From Malacoraja senta (taxonomy: Eukaryota), in assembly GCA_038087875.1 (NCBI GenBank), contig CM075993.1, forward strand, positions 10,666,001-10,730,000: a DNA stretch of 64,000 nucleotides. The letters run 5' to 3'. The stretch's first letter is position 1. Every line of letters starts with the position of its first letter. A program made the translations under genes and the position numbers. Of this stretch, positions 52,583 through 64,000 are shown one piece after another. The notes under the pieces were generated by a model that was given only the letters and a program-made list of their open reading frames with translations, did no database searches and was not told the DNA's origin.

Positions 52583-52615
52583 AGGCTGTAAATGCGGGGC
52601 AGAGCCTGTCTCCAG
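52583..52615 (+). CDS. CA12: CA12 exon 9 (33-nt juxtamembrane exon)
   Basis: TTTCTCTTTCAG acceptor, CAG|GTAAG donor, symmetric phase 1; (E)AVNAGQSLSP. Same length as the 11-codon exon 9 of human CA12. Confidence 0.85.
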
Positions 52616-54411
52616 GTAAGGAATAAGGTTCCACTGTGTTGTCCAAACTGACAATGTTTCTGTGACACATCTACGCAAGGTGCCAACACATCAATGATCC
52701 TCAGGCCGGGATTTTAGATGAAGATGGGTCTCGACCCGAAACCTCACCTATTCCTTCTCTCCGGAGATGCTGCCTGTCCCACTGAGTTACTCCAGTTGTT
52801 TGTGTCTTATCTTCACATCCCTGTAGGAGCGCTTCCGCCTCGGGAACTGCAGTGCTCTCATCTCGCTGCTGCCCTCGGGCAGAAGGCATAGGAGCCTGAG
52901 GTCCGTGACTTCCAGGTTCAAGAACAACCTCTTCCCAACAACTTGAACACTACACAACACTAACCTCAGCAAGACAGATACAAAAAGCTGGAGTAACTCA
53001 GCGGGTCAGGCAGCTTCTCTGGAGAAAAGTGATAGTTGACATTTCAGATTGGAACCCTTCCAACCCGAATCATCACCTATTCCTTCTCTCCAGAGATGCT
53101 GCCTGTCCTGCTGAATTACTCCACCACTTTGTGCCTATCTTCGGTATAAACCAGCATCTGCAGTTCCTTCCTGCATCGTGACCTCAGTAACTATGATCTT
53201 ACATAGACTGCATCATTTGATGCACGGCCATCTTTGTTTTTGGTGCTATTATGGTTAGCTGGTGTTGTGGTCCTGGATGATCCAACATTATCATTATTTA
53301 GTGGCGGCATATTGGCGCAGCGGGTAGAGCTGCTGCCTCATGGCGCCCAAGACGCATGTTCGATCCTGACCTTGGGTGCTGTCTGCATAGAGCTTGCACG
53401 TTCTCCCTGTGACCGTGTGGGTTTTCTCCAGGTGCTCCGGTTCCCCCCCACATCCCAAAGACGTATAGGTTAATTGGCCCTCTGTAAATTGTCCCCTGGT
53501 GTGTAGGGAGAGGATGAGAAAGTGGGATAGCATAGGACGATCGATGGACGGCATGGACCCGGTGGGCTGAAGGGCCCGGTTCCTTGCGGTATCTCTAAAA
53601 CTAAAACTAAATCTGTATGTGTTATTGTTTATTATGGGCCTGTTAAACTGTAGCAAGTTCAATTTCATTTCCTTCTTCCATTGTTGGTACATTTCACAAT
53701 TAAACTCTGGGCTGTCATGACTCATCTCATGAGAGCCTGCAGGCATAGACTATAGGTGCCGTGCTGGCACCATGATGTAGGGTAGACCAGTGAATCACGG
53801 GTGTCTCTGTGGCTGCTTGCCGTAGTTGAGTTGAGTTTAGTTCAGAGATACAGCGTGGAAACAGGCCCTTTGGCCCAGGTGCCGACCGGTGATCCCCCCC
53901 ACACACACACACTTGGGACAATTTACACTTACACCAAGCCAATTAACCTACAAACCTGTACGTCTTTGGAGTGTGGGAGGAAACCGAAGATCTCAGAGAA
54001 AACCCACGGGGGGAACGTACAAACTCCGTACAGACAGCACTCGTAGTCAGGATTGAACCTGGGACTGTGGCGCTGTGAGGCTGCAACTCTATCGCTGTGT
54101 CACCGTGCCGCCCTGGACACTAGCTACCTTTTAGTTCTCTGAAGTACTTCTCATGTCAAGCGACTGACTGCATTGACATTCTGAGGCGTGCCTTCACCAA
54201 GTACACAGTGTCCTCCCTTGTCCACTGACACAGTGAAGTCCGTGCATGGCATAAGCTCATAAGTGATAGGAGCAGAATTAGGCCATTCGGCCCATCAAGT
54301 CTATTCCGCCATTCAATCATGGCTGATCTATCTTTCCCTCTCAGCCCCATTCTCCTGCCTTCTTCCATAACCCCTGACCCCCGTACTAAGATGCTGCCAC
54401 TTTCTCTGCAG

Positions 54412-54493
54412 GTGTAATCCTGATCATCGCACTCTGCTGCCTATTTGGTGTCGCGATCGCTGTGGCAATCACCATCTTCTTTCTGAAGAAGAG
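54412..54493 (+). CDS. CA12: CA12 exon 10, transmembrane helix (82 nt)
   Basis: (G)VILIIALCCLFGVAIAVAITIFFLKK(R): hydrophobic stretch followed by basic stop-transfer residues; CTGCAG/GTAAG junctions. Confidence 0.92.
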
Positions 54494-55023
54494 GTAAGAT
54501 GTAACGGCGTCATCTTTGTACTCTGGCTCTTGTAGCCGAGCTCCCCTCCTGCCCTCTGCACCTTCGCCATCCCCCACCTGCTCCTCCGCCGTGCCCTCAC
54601 CAGCTCACGGACGCGTCCCTTCCCCAGACCGCTCCATCACCGCCATGGGTCATCCCAAGAGCAGGCTCAGCAGAGGGAGGTGGCCACGGGGTCTGGTTAG
54701 AGGAGCCCCAGGAACGTGAGGCTGCTGCTCCAGTGGTGGGGGGTGCAGGGTGATTGGGGGGGGGGTGTTTGGGGGGTGCAGGGTGGCGGATGGGGGGGTA
54801 AACACAACCAGATCAACTAGAGCGTGCAGGGGGAAGGAAGTGACACGGGCAGCGGGATGGGGAATGAAGGAAGTGACACGGGGCCAGATCTGCAGTTATT
54901 GGTGAGGTTTGAAGGTGAATCTCTGATGGTTTGGGGATGGAGGCGGGAGTGAAGGGTGAGCCGATCTTAGTGAGAGTCTGGATGCAACAGCAGATATCGA
55001 CCAAGCACAGGAACAGGCCCTTT

Positions 55024-57818
55024 AACCAAATAACCATTACAGCACGGAAACAGGCCATCTCGGCCCTTCAAGTCCGTGCCGAACATTTAAAATTAAAAAA
55101 ATAAAATAATGATAAATACTTCCCCCTAGTCCCATCTACCTGCACTCAGACCATAACCCTCCATTCCTTTCCCGTCCATATACCCATCCAATCTATTTTT
55201 AAAGGATAAAATCGAACCAGCCTCCACCACTTCCACTGGAAGCTCATTCCACACAGCTACCACTCTCTGAGTAAAGAAGTTCCCCCTAATGTTACCCCTA
55301 AACTTCTGTCCCTTAATTCTCAAGTCATGTCCCCTTGTTTGAATCTTCCCTACTCTCAATGGAAAAAGCTTATCCACGTCAACTCTGTCTAACCCGCTCA
55401 TAATTTTAAAGACCTCTATCAAGTCCCCTCTTAACCTTCTGCGCTCCAAAGAATAAAGACCTAACTTGTTCAACCTTTCTCTGTAACTTAGTTGCTGAAA
55501 CCCAGGCAACATTCTAGTAAATCTCCTCTGTACTCTCTCTATTTTGTTGACATCCTTCCTATAATTAGGCGACCAAAATTGTACTCCATACTCCAGAATT
55601 GGCCTCACCAATGCCTTGTACAATTTTAACATTACATCCCAACTTCTATATTCAATGCTCTGATTTATAAAGGCCAGCACCCCAAACGCTTTCTTTACCA
55701 CCCTATCTACATGAGATTCCACCTTCAGGGAACTATGCACAGTTATTCCTAGATCCCTCTGTTCAACTGCATTCCTCAATTCTCTACCATTTACCATGTA
55801 CGTCCTATTTTGATTTGTCCTGCTGAGATGTAGCACCTCACATTTATCAGCATTAAACTCCATCTGCCATCTTTCAGCCCACTTTTCCAAATGGCCTAAA
55901 TCTCTCTGTAGACTTTGAAAATCTACTTCATTATTCACCACACCACCTATCTTAGTATCATCTGCATACTTACTAATCCAATTTTCCACACCATCATCCA
56001 GATCATTGATGTACATGACAAACAACAGTGGACCCAACACAGACCCTTGAGGCACCCCACTAGTCACTGGCCTCCAACCTGACAAACAACCATCCACCAT
56101 TACTCTCTGGCATCGCCCATTCAGCCACTGTTGAATCCATCTTGCTACTCCACCATTAATACCCAACAATTGAATCTTCTTAACCAACCTTCCATGAGGA
56201 ACCTTGTCAAAGGCCTTACTGAAGTCCATATAGACAACATCCACTGCTTTACCCTCATCAATTTCCCTAGTAACCTCTTCGAAAAATTCTAGAAGATTAG
56301 TCAAACATGACCTTCCAGGCACAAATCCATGTTGACTGTTCCTAATCAGACCCTGCTTATCCAGATGCTTATATATATTATCTTTAAGTATCCTTTCCAT
56401 TAATTTGCCCACCACTGACGTCAAACTAACAGGTCTATAATTGCTAGGTTTACTCTTAGAACCCTTTTTAAACAACAGAACAACATGCGCAGTACGCCAA
56501 TCCTCCGGCACTATTCCCGTTTCTAATGACATTTGAAATATTTCTGTCATAGCCCCTGCTATTTCTACACTAACTCCCCTAAATATCCTCGGGAATATCC
56601 TGTCAGGACCTGGAGACTTATCCGTTTTCATATTTTTCAAAAGTGTCCGCACCTCCTCTTCTTTGAATCTCATAGTTTCCATTGCTACTCTGCTTGTTTC
56701 CCTTACCTCACATAATTCCATATCCTTCTCCTTGGTGAATACCGAAGAAAAGAAATTGTTCAGTATCTCCCCCATCTCTTTTGGCTCTGCAGATAGCTGT
56801 CCACTCTGACTCTCTAATGGACCAATTTTATTCCTTGTTATCCTTTTGCTATTAATATAGCTGTAGAAACCCTTTGGATTTACTTTCACCTTACTTGCCA
56901 AAGCAACCTCATATCTTCTTTTAGCTTTTCTAATTTCTTTCTTAATATTCTTTTTACATTCTTTATACTCCTCAAGCACCTCATTTACTCCATGCTGCCT
57001 ATAATTATTGTAGATCTCTCTCTTTTTCCGAACCAAGTGTCCAATTTCCCTTGAAAACCATGGCTCTTTCCAATTTTTACTATTTCCTTTCAACCGAACA
57101 GGGACATAAAGATTCTGTACTCTTAAAATTTCACCTTTAAATGTCCTCCATTTCTCTTCTACATCCTTCCCATAAAACAACATGTCCCAATTCACTCCTT
57201 TTAAATCCTTTCGCATCTCCTCAAAGTTAGCCTTTCTCCAATCAAAAATCTCAACCCTAGGTCCAGTTCTGACCCTCTCCATAATTATATTGAAACTAAT
57301 GGTATTGTGATCACTGGACCCGAAGTGCTCCCCGACGCATACCTCCGCCACCTGCCCTGTCTCATTTCCTAACAGGAGGTCCAGCACTGCCCCTTCTCTA
57401 GTAGGTACCTCTATGTATTGCTGCAAAAAACTATCCTGCACACATTTTACAAACTCCAAACCATCCAGCCCTTTTACAGAATGTGTTTCCTAGTCTATGT
57501 GTGGAAAATTGAAATCTCCCACAATCACTACCTTGTGCTTACTACTAATATCTGCTATATCCTTACATATTTGCTCTTCCAATTCTCGCTCCCCATTTGG
57601 CGGTCTATAATACACCCCTATAAGTGTTGCTACACCTTTCCCATTTCTCAGCTCCACCCAAATAGCCTCCCTAGACGAGCCTTCTAATCTATCCTGCCAA
57701 AGCACTGCTGTAATATCTTCCTTGACAAGCAATGCAACACCCCCACCTCTTGCCCCTCCAATTCTATCACCCTTGAAGCAACGAAATCCTGGAATATTTA
57801 GTTTCCAATCACAGCCCT
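55024..57818 (-). mobile_element. Young CR1 LINE with near-complete ORF2 (endonuclease + RT) and one in-frame stop
   Basis: The 777-aa ORF 55126-57459 is in frame with the upstream endonuclease segment (GVYYRPP, GDFNFPHID) across a TAG at 57490-57492; YADD motif intact. Confidence 0.96.
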
Positions 57819-58191
57819 CCTTTGGCCCATAATGTCTGTGTAATACTTGAGGACAGGTTAAATTAATCTCTGCCTGCCCGTGATCCATATCCCTCTATTT
57901 CATAAGTGATAGGAACAGAATAAGGCCATTCGGCCCATCGTCTACTCCACCATTCAATCATGGCTGATCTATCTCTCCTAACCCCATTCTCCTGCCTTCT
58001 CCCCATAACCGCTGACACCCGTACTAATCAAGAATCTATCTATATCTGCCTTAAATATATCCATTGACTTGGCCTGCACAGCCTTCTATGACAATGAATT
58101 CCACAGATTCACCACTCTCTGACAATAGGAATTCCTCCTCGCACATATCCATGTGCCTATCTAAGCACGATTAAATGTCCCTGTTGTATCT

Positions 58192-58300
58192 GCCTCCACC
58201 ACCAGCCCAGGCAATGTGTTCCAGGCCTCCACCACCAGCCCAGGCAATGTGTTCCAGGCCTCCACCACCAGCCCAGGCAATGTGTTCCAGGCCTCCACCA
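58192..58300. repeat. 33-bp tandem triplication within a CR1 fragment
   Basis: GCCTCCACCACCAGCCCAGGCAATGTGTTCCAG x3. Confidence 0.95.
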
Positions 58301-58599
58301 CCCTCTGTGTTAAAACGTGCCCCACACATCTCCATTAAACGTTGCCCTGGGTCCATTTTACCGTGCGGTGAATATTTCCCTCCTCAGCCTCCCTCCCATA
58401 TAAGTGACCGGGAGCTGTTGGAGTGGACAATGTGTGCCGGGCTGGGGTCAGGCAGGGTGTTGCATCGTTCAGCAGCAGCATTAGATTCAGTCTGGCCCAG
58501 ACCAGACACTGGTATTCACTTGGAACAAGCGGCTCAACACTGCCCACTGGTGGAAGAACATCCTCAACACCATTGCAGTTCACAGTCATATTCTGGAGA

Positions 58600-58629
58600 T
58601 CTGTCTCTCTCTCTCTCTCTGTCTCTCTG

Positions 58630-58692
<63 letters not shown>

Positions 58693-58753
58693 GTTTCTCT
58701 CTTTCTGTCTTGCTCTCTCTCTCTCTCTCCCTGTCGCTCCCCCTCTCTCTCTG

Positions 58754-58830
<77 letters not shown>

Positions 58831-58853
58831 GTTTCTCTGTCTCTCTCTCTCTT
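58600..58853. repeat. (CT)n/(CTGT) microsatellite
   Basis: Direct reading. Confidence 0.97.
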
Positions 58854-60929
58854 TCACGATCAGGACCATCTCACCTCTTGAGGACCTCAGTCAGCCAGTC
58901 CCCTGTATTACTGATGTAGAGGAGAGCAGTCCCAGCTCCCCAAACCCCTCCTGCCTGTGCTCTTCATTTGAACATAGAACATAGAACAGTACAGCACAAA
59001 AACAGGCCCTTCAGCCCACAATGTCTCTGCTGGACATGATGCCAAGACAAACTCTTACCTGCCTGCATATATCCCTCTATATCCAAGTGCCTTTTCAAAA
59101 GTCTCTTAAAGATCACTATAGTATCGAGCTCCACCCCGCCCCTGGCAATATGTTCCAGCAACTCATCAGTGTGTGTAAAAAAACTTTCCCCTCTCACCTT
59201 AAAGCTATAACCTCTAGTCTTTGACATTTCCATCCTGGGAAAAAGGTTCTGCTGCCTGTCCAATATTCGCCTCTCATAACATTCTAGATTTCTATCAGGT
59301 CTCCCCACACCGCTGGAGTTCCAGAGAAAACAATCCAAGTCTGTCCAGCCTCTCCCTGTAGCTAATACCGCTTAAAAGACTAATAATGTTAAATAGACAC
59401 AAAAAGCTGGAGTATCTCAGCGGGTCAGGCAGCATCTCTGGAGAAAAGGAATAGGAGACATTTCGGGTGGGAATCTGAAGAAGGGTTCCGAACCAAAACG
59501 TCACCTATTCAATCTCTCCAGAGATGCTGCTTGACCCGCTGAATTACTCCAGCATTTTGTGTCTATCATTGTGTCTACCCCAGCATCTGCAGTTCCTTCC
59601 TACACATCATTCTGGTAAACCTTTTCTGCACGCTCTTCGCAGCCTCCACATCCTTACTGTAATGGGGGCAACCAGAACTGCATGTAATACTCCAGATGCA
59701 ACCTAACCAATGTCGTATGAAGCTGCATCATGAGTTTCTGACTCTTATATACTCAATAGACAATAGACAATAGGTGCAAGAGTAGGCCATTTGGCATCGC
59801 CATTCAATGTGATCATGGCTGATCATCCACAATTCCTGCCTTCTCCCCATATCCCCTGACTCCGCTATTTTTAAGAGCCCTATTTAGCTCTCTCTTGAAA
59901 GCATCCAGAGAACCTGCCTCCACCGCCCTCTGAGGCAGAGAATTCCACAGACTCACCACCCTCTGTGTGAAGAAGTGTTTCCTCGTCTCCGTTCTAAATG
60001 GCTTACTCCTTATTCTTAAACTGTGGCCCCTGGTTCTGGACTCCCCCAACATCGGGAACATGTTTCCTGCCTCTAGCGTGTCCAAGCCCTTAACAATCTC
60101 AATGTCCTGACCCATGAAGGAAAGCACACACGCCTTCTTTATCAATGGTGTCCTTATTGTCATGGGCACCTGGTACAGTGAACATTTTTTTACATACAGC
60201 CCAGCAGGACGACCCCAGTGCATAAACACAATCACCCCGGTCAGCTCAGCGCGTGGCCATTTTGGCGGCATGGTACAGTCCCATCTCCAGCCGGCCACAA
60301 AGGCCCGTTGCAGCTGTCATCTCCATTCCCGCTCGCCCTGTGATCCGATGTCCCTCTCACGCACGGCCATCTTTTCAGACCCCTCTGTCTGAAGACCTCC
60401 CGCAACCGAGCTCGAGGGTGCCGGAGGTAAGACCTTTAGACACATATACAATTCTTAAAGGATTGAACAAGCTAGATGCAGGAACAATGTTGGGGGAGTC
60501 CAGAACCGGGGGTCACTGTTTAAGAATAAGGGGTTTAAGACTCATTTAGGACTGAGATGAGGAAAAACCTTTCCACCCAGAGAGTTGTGAATCTGTGGAA
60601 TTCTCTGCCACAGAAGGCAGTGGAGGCCAATTCACTGGATGTTTTCAAGAGAGAGTTCGATTTAGCTCTTAGGGCCAATGGAATCAAGGGATGTGGGGAG
60701 AAAGCAGGAACGTGGTACTGATTCTGGATGATCAGCTATGAACTTATTGAATAGTTGGAAGGGCCGAATGGCCGACTCCTGCACCTATTTTCTATGTTTC
60801 CATGTTTCTAAGCCCCCCGCCGGTTCTGCTCGCTGTTGTCCAGTGTCCGTGGCGGTGGCGGTCTCGTTCCCGTCCACGTGCGTTGCTGCCCGTTCTTCTC
60901 TGTTCCCAGCTGAATCCTCGTTCCCACAG

Positions 60930-61005
60930 AGCGCGTAAAACGACAGAGGACGGGGGGATGATCTACAAGGCGGCGACGGCGGCAGAGACTCCCGCACAGG
61001 CCTGA
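60930..61005 (+). CDS. CA12: CA12 exon 11, cytoplasmic tail and stop
   Basis: (R)ARKTTEDGGMIYKAATAAETPAQA* versus human [24 protein letters not shown]; CACAG acceptor in the correct phase. Confidence 0.92.
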
Positions 61006-62091
61006 GCCCCTGGCAGCATCTCACGTGGCCACATCACACTAACGAGTCGGGACATCGAGCATCGATACGAGGAGATGTGGCAACAACCTATAGCTGTTTG
61101 CAGTGCAGTGTCATCTGTAGTGTCCTCTCCTGAATCCTGCACATGCGGTTGATTGAAATGTTCTCTTCAAATGACAATGTTTCATGTACTTCTTTTTCCG
61201 TTTCTAAAGCCACTCCTTAAAATGCACTCCTGCCCATTGTAAAAGGGAAATATTCATAGGAGTTTCACATCTGGAATCGTATGAACTGCAGATGTTGGAG
61301 CCTTGAGCAAAACACAAAGTGCTGGGTTACACAACAGGTCAGGCAGCATCTGTGGAGGGATGGAACCGCCTGGTTACTCCAGCACTTTGTATTTTACTTG
61401 ATTCCAGCATCTGCAGTTCCTCGTGCCTCCATCTCACTGCAGAATCCCATCAAGAGATGTCCACATTGAAGAAGTTCTCCTCCTCTCTCTCCAACTGGAG
61501 TTCAGTTTAGTTTAGAAATACAACCTCTAGTTGTCTGGAAACAGACCCTTCGGTCCACGGAGTCCGTGCAGACCAGCGATCCCCACACACTAAACTATCC
61601 TACACAATCTATGGGCAATTTACAATTATACCAAACCAATTAATCTACAAACCTGCGCGTCTTTGGAGTGTGGGAGGAAACCGAAACACCTGGAGAAAAC
61701 CCACGGGGAGAAGGTACAAACTCCGTACAGACAGCACCCATAGTCGGGATCGAACCCGGGCCTCTGGCGCTGCAAGGCAGCAACCCTACCGCTGCGTCAC
61801 CATGCCACACGCTCTCACTGCTCCCCCTCTGTGATTCCTCCTGCTCTCCTGTCCGATCCATGTCCTCCACAGATGCTGCCCGACCCGCTGAGTTTCTCCA
61901 GCACTTTGTGTTTTATTCATGAATTTAATAATATGAGGTGGGACTTTGGTAATTTTACCACCGAGGATATGTCAGATATTTATTCCAAATCCTCAATCTG
62001 AGGTTAAAAGAATTTGGTTCAACAAATTAAAAAGTAAAATGGTGTCTCTCAGTACATTAGACCACAGCTGATAAGCAACAAATTGCAGCAA

Positions 62092-62097
62092 AATAAA
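62092..62097 (+). terminator. Candidate CA12 polyadenylation signal
   Basis: AATAAA followed by GU-rich GTGTGATTTCTGTGTTT; ATTAAA also at 62026. Confidence 0.4.
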
Positions 62098-62668
62098 TGT
62101 AGGAATGTGTGATTTCTGTGTTTACCAGTAGATATTGGTTCCAGTTTGTGCAATACCAGCAATATAACAGTATCGTTTTTGTTTTGGAGGTACACATGGA
62201 AACAGGCCATTCGGCCCAGCGTGTTCATGTCAACCATCGATCACCCATTCACACTAGTTCTATGTTATCCCACTTTCCCATCCACTCCCTACACAATAGG
62301 GGCGATTTACAGAGGGCCAATTAACCAACAAACCCGCATGTCGTTGGGATGTGGGAGAAAACCAGAGCTCCCGAAGGAAACAGAGCATTTGTCGACCCTG
62401 GGCCTGCACTCGCTGGAGTTTAGAAGCATGAGGGGGAACCTCATTGAAACGTACAGAATAGTGAAGGGCTTGGATAGAGTGGATGTGGAGAGGATGTTTC
62501 CACTAGTGGGAAAGTCTAGGCCTGAGAATTAAAAGACGTTCTTTTAGGCAGGAGATGAGGAGGAATTTCTTTAGTCAGAGGGTGGTGAATCTGTGGAATT
62601 GTTTGCCACAGATGGCTGTGGAGGCCAAGTCAGTGGATATATTTAAGGCAGAGATAGATAGATTCTTG

Positions 62669-62862
62669 TGTTAAAGAAGGAACTGCAGATGCTGGAAAAT
62701 CGAAGGTACACAAAAATGCTGGAGAAACTCAGCGGGTGCAGCAGCATCTATGGAGCGAAGGAAATAGGCTGAAGAAGGGTTTCAGCCCGAAACGTTGCCT
62801 ATTTCCTTCGCTCCATAGATGCTGCTGCACCCGCTGAGTTTCTCCAGCATTTTTGTGTACCT
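62669..62862. mobile_element. Palindromic hammerhead-module element inserted in a CR1 fragment, 14-bp TSD
   Basis: TAGATAGATTCTTG is duplicated at 62655-62668 and 62863-62876; inverted arms; CTGAAGA...GAAACGTT core starting at 62769. Confidence 0.88.
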
Positions 62863-64000
62863 TAGATAGATTCTTGATTAGTACAGGTGTCAGGGGTTAT
62901 GGGGAGAAAGCAGGAGACTGGGGTTAGGAGGGAGAGATAGATCAGCTATGATTGAATGGCGGAGTAGACTTGATGGGCCAAATGGTTTAATTCTACTCCT
63001 ATCACTTATGATCTTATGAAACCCACGCGGTCACGGGGAGAACGTGCCAACTCCACCCAGACAGCACCCGGGATCAGGATCGAACCCGGGTCTCTGGCGC
63101 TGTGAGGCAGTGGTTCTACCACTTGAGCCACTGTGCTGCCCATATACATAGTCAGTAGCAATACACGGTACAATTCTTAGATGATTACGCAGGCGCACCT
63201 GACAATATTGAAGGGGCCAATAAAGTGGGCCATTTTGCGATTACCAATAGCCCAAAGCTGTGTCAGCTGCTCATATGTCAAAGATTGGAGTTGAAATGAA
63301 ATGCTGTTGATCTATTTACTTTTTCCTGTAACAGCGAAACATTATTCTGTATCCCAAACTTTTGATGAGTGATTTGTGAATTTTGTAAGGGTCAATTTCC
63401 GATACCTGACCAGCTGTAAACCAGGGGTTGCCTGTATTGTATCATCTTTATATTTAACACGAAAAACATTAAAAAAAATTCTAAAATAGCCACGCAGCCT
63501 GCATGTACTTTCAGGGATACAGCGTGGAAACAGGCCCTTCGGCCCACCGAGTCTGTGCCGACCAGCGATCACCCCGTAACCAAACAATATCCTACACACA
63601 CTAGGGACAATTTACCATTTATACAAGCCTATTAACCTACACACCTGTACGCCTTTGGAGTGTGGGAGGAAACCGGAGCACCCGGAGAAAAACCCGCATG
63701 GTCACAGGGAGAATGTACAAACTCTGTACAGACAGCATACATAGTCGGGATCGAACCCGGGACTCTGGGGCTGTGAGGCAGCAACTCTACCGCTGCGCCA
63801 CCGTGCCGCTGAGCTTTGATTCCTGTTAACACAGGCCAGATTAGTTGTTAATGATTTTAAACTGGCTGAAACGTCACCTATCTACGTCCTCCACAGATGC
63901 TGCCTGATCCACTGAGTTACTCCTGCACTTTGTGGGTTTTTTGGGGGGTAAACCAGCATCTGCAGTTCCTTGTGTCTCAACTGAAACTGGCTGTTTTCCA

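Noticed and set aside
58175..58984. 269-aa ORF and overlapping ORFs
   Set aside because: Built from a 33-bp tandem repeat, CR1 remnants and a (CT)n microsatellite.
25017..61005. Assignment to CA14, CA9 or CA4
   Set aside because: USP3 adjacency, exon sizes and the G-x-IYK-x-AT tail fit CA12; a TM helix with a cytoplasmic tail argues against GPI-anchored CA4.

Overview
Repeat-dense vertebrate DNA. The V-SINE/CR1/Penelope content points to a cartilaginous fish, probably a skate or ray (inference). It holds two genes in the head-to-head arrangement known from the human CA12/USP3 locus. (1) USP3 coding exon 1 is on the minus strand (1285-1374), with a CpG-island promoter containing a minisatellite of RFX X-box motifs and three CRE palindromes. 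(2) A membrane alpha-carbonic anhydrase, CA12, is on the plus strand; I traced exons 3-11 by hand (25017-61005) with GT-AG junctions, the zinc ligands, a TM helix and a cytoplasmic tail. CA12 exons 1-2 are not securely located, and an N-gap lies at 22021-22220. Both genes show single-base indels in short C/G runs, most likely consensus errors. The rest is mostly transposable elements: CR1, L2 and Rex/Babar LINE fragments, V-SINEs, decayed Deu-type SINEs, Penelope-like elements, a Harbinger-like MITE, a hAT-like element and Helitron-like elements. The most notable structure is a very abundant short element, often palindromic, carrying a minimal hammerhead-ribozyme core (CUGANGA-stem II-GAAAC-GUH). 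It is the 3' terminus of the local Penelope elements but also occurs alone with 14-15 bp target-site duplications. All alignments and copy counts were made by eye.
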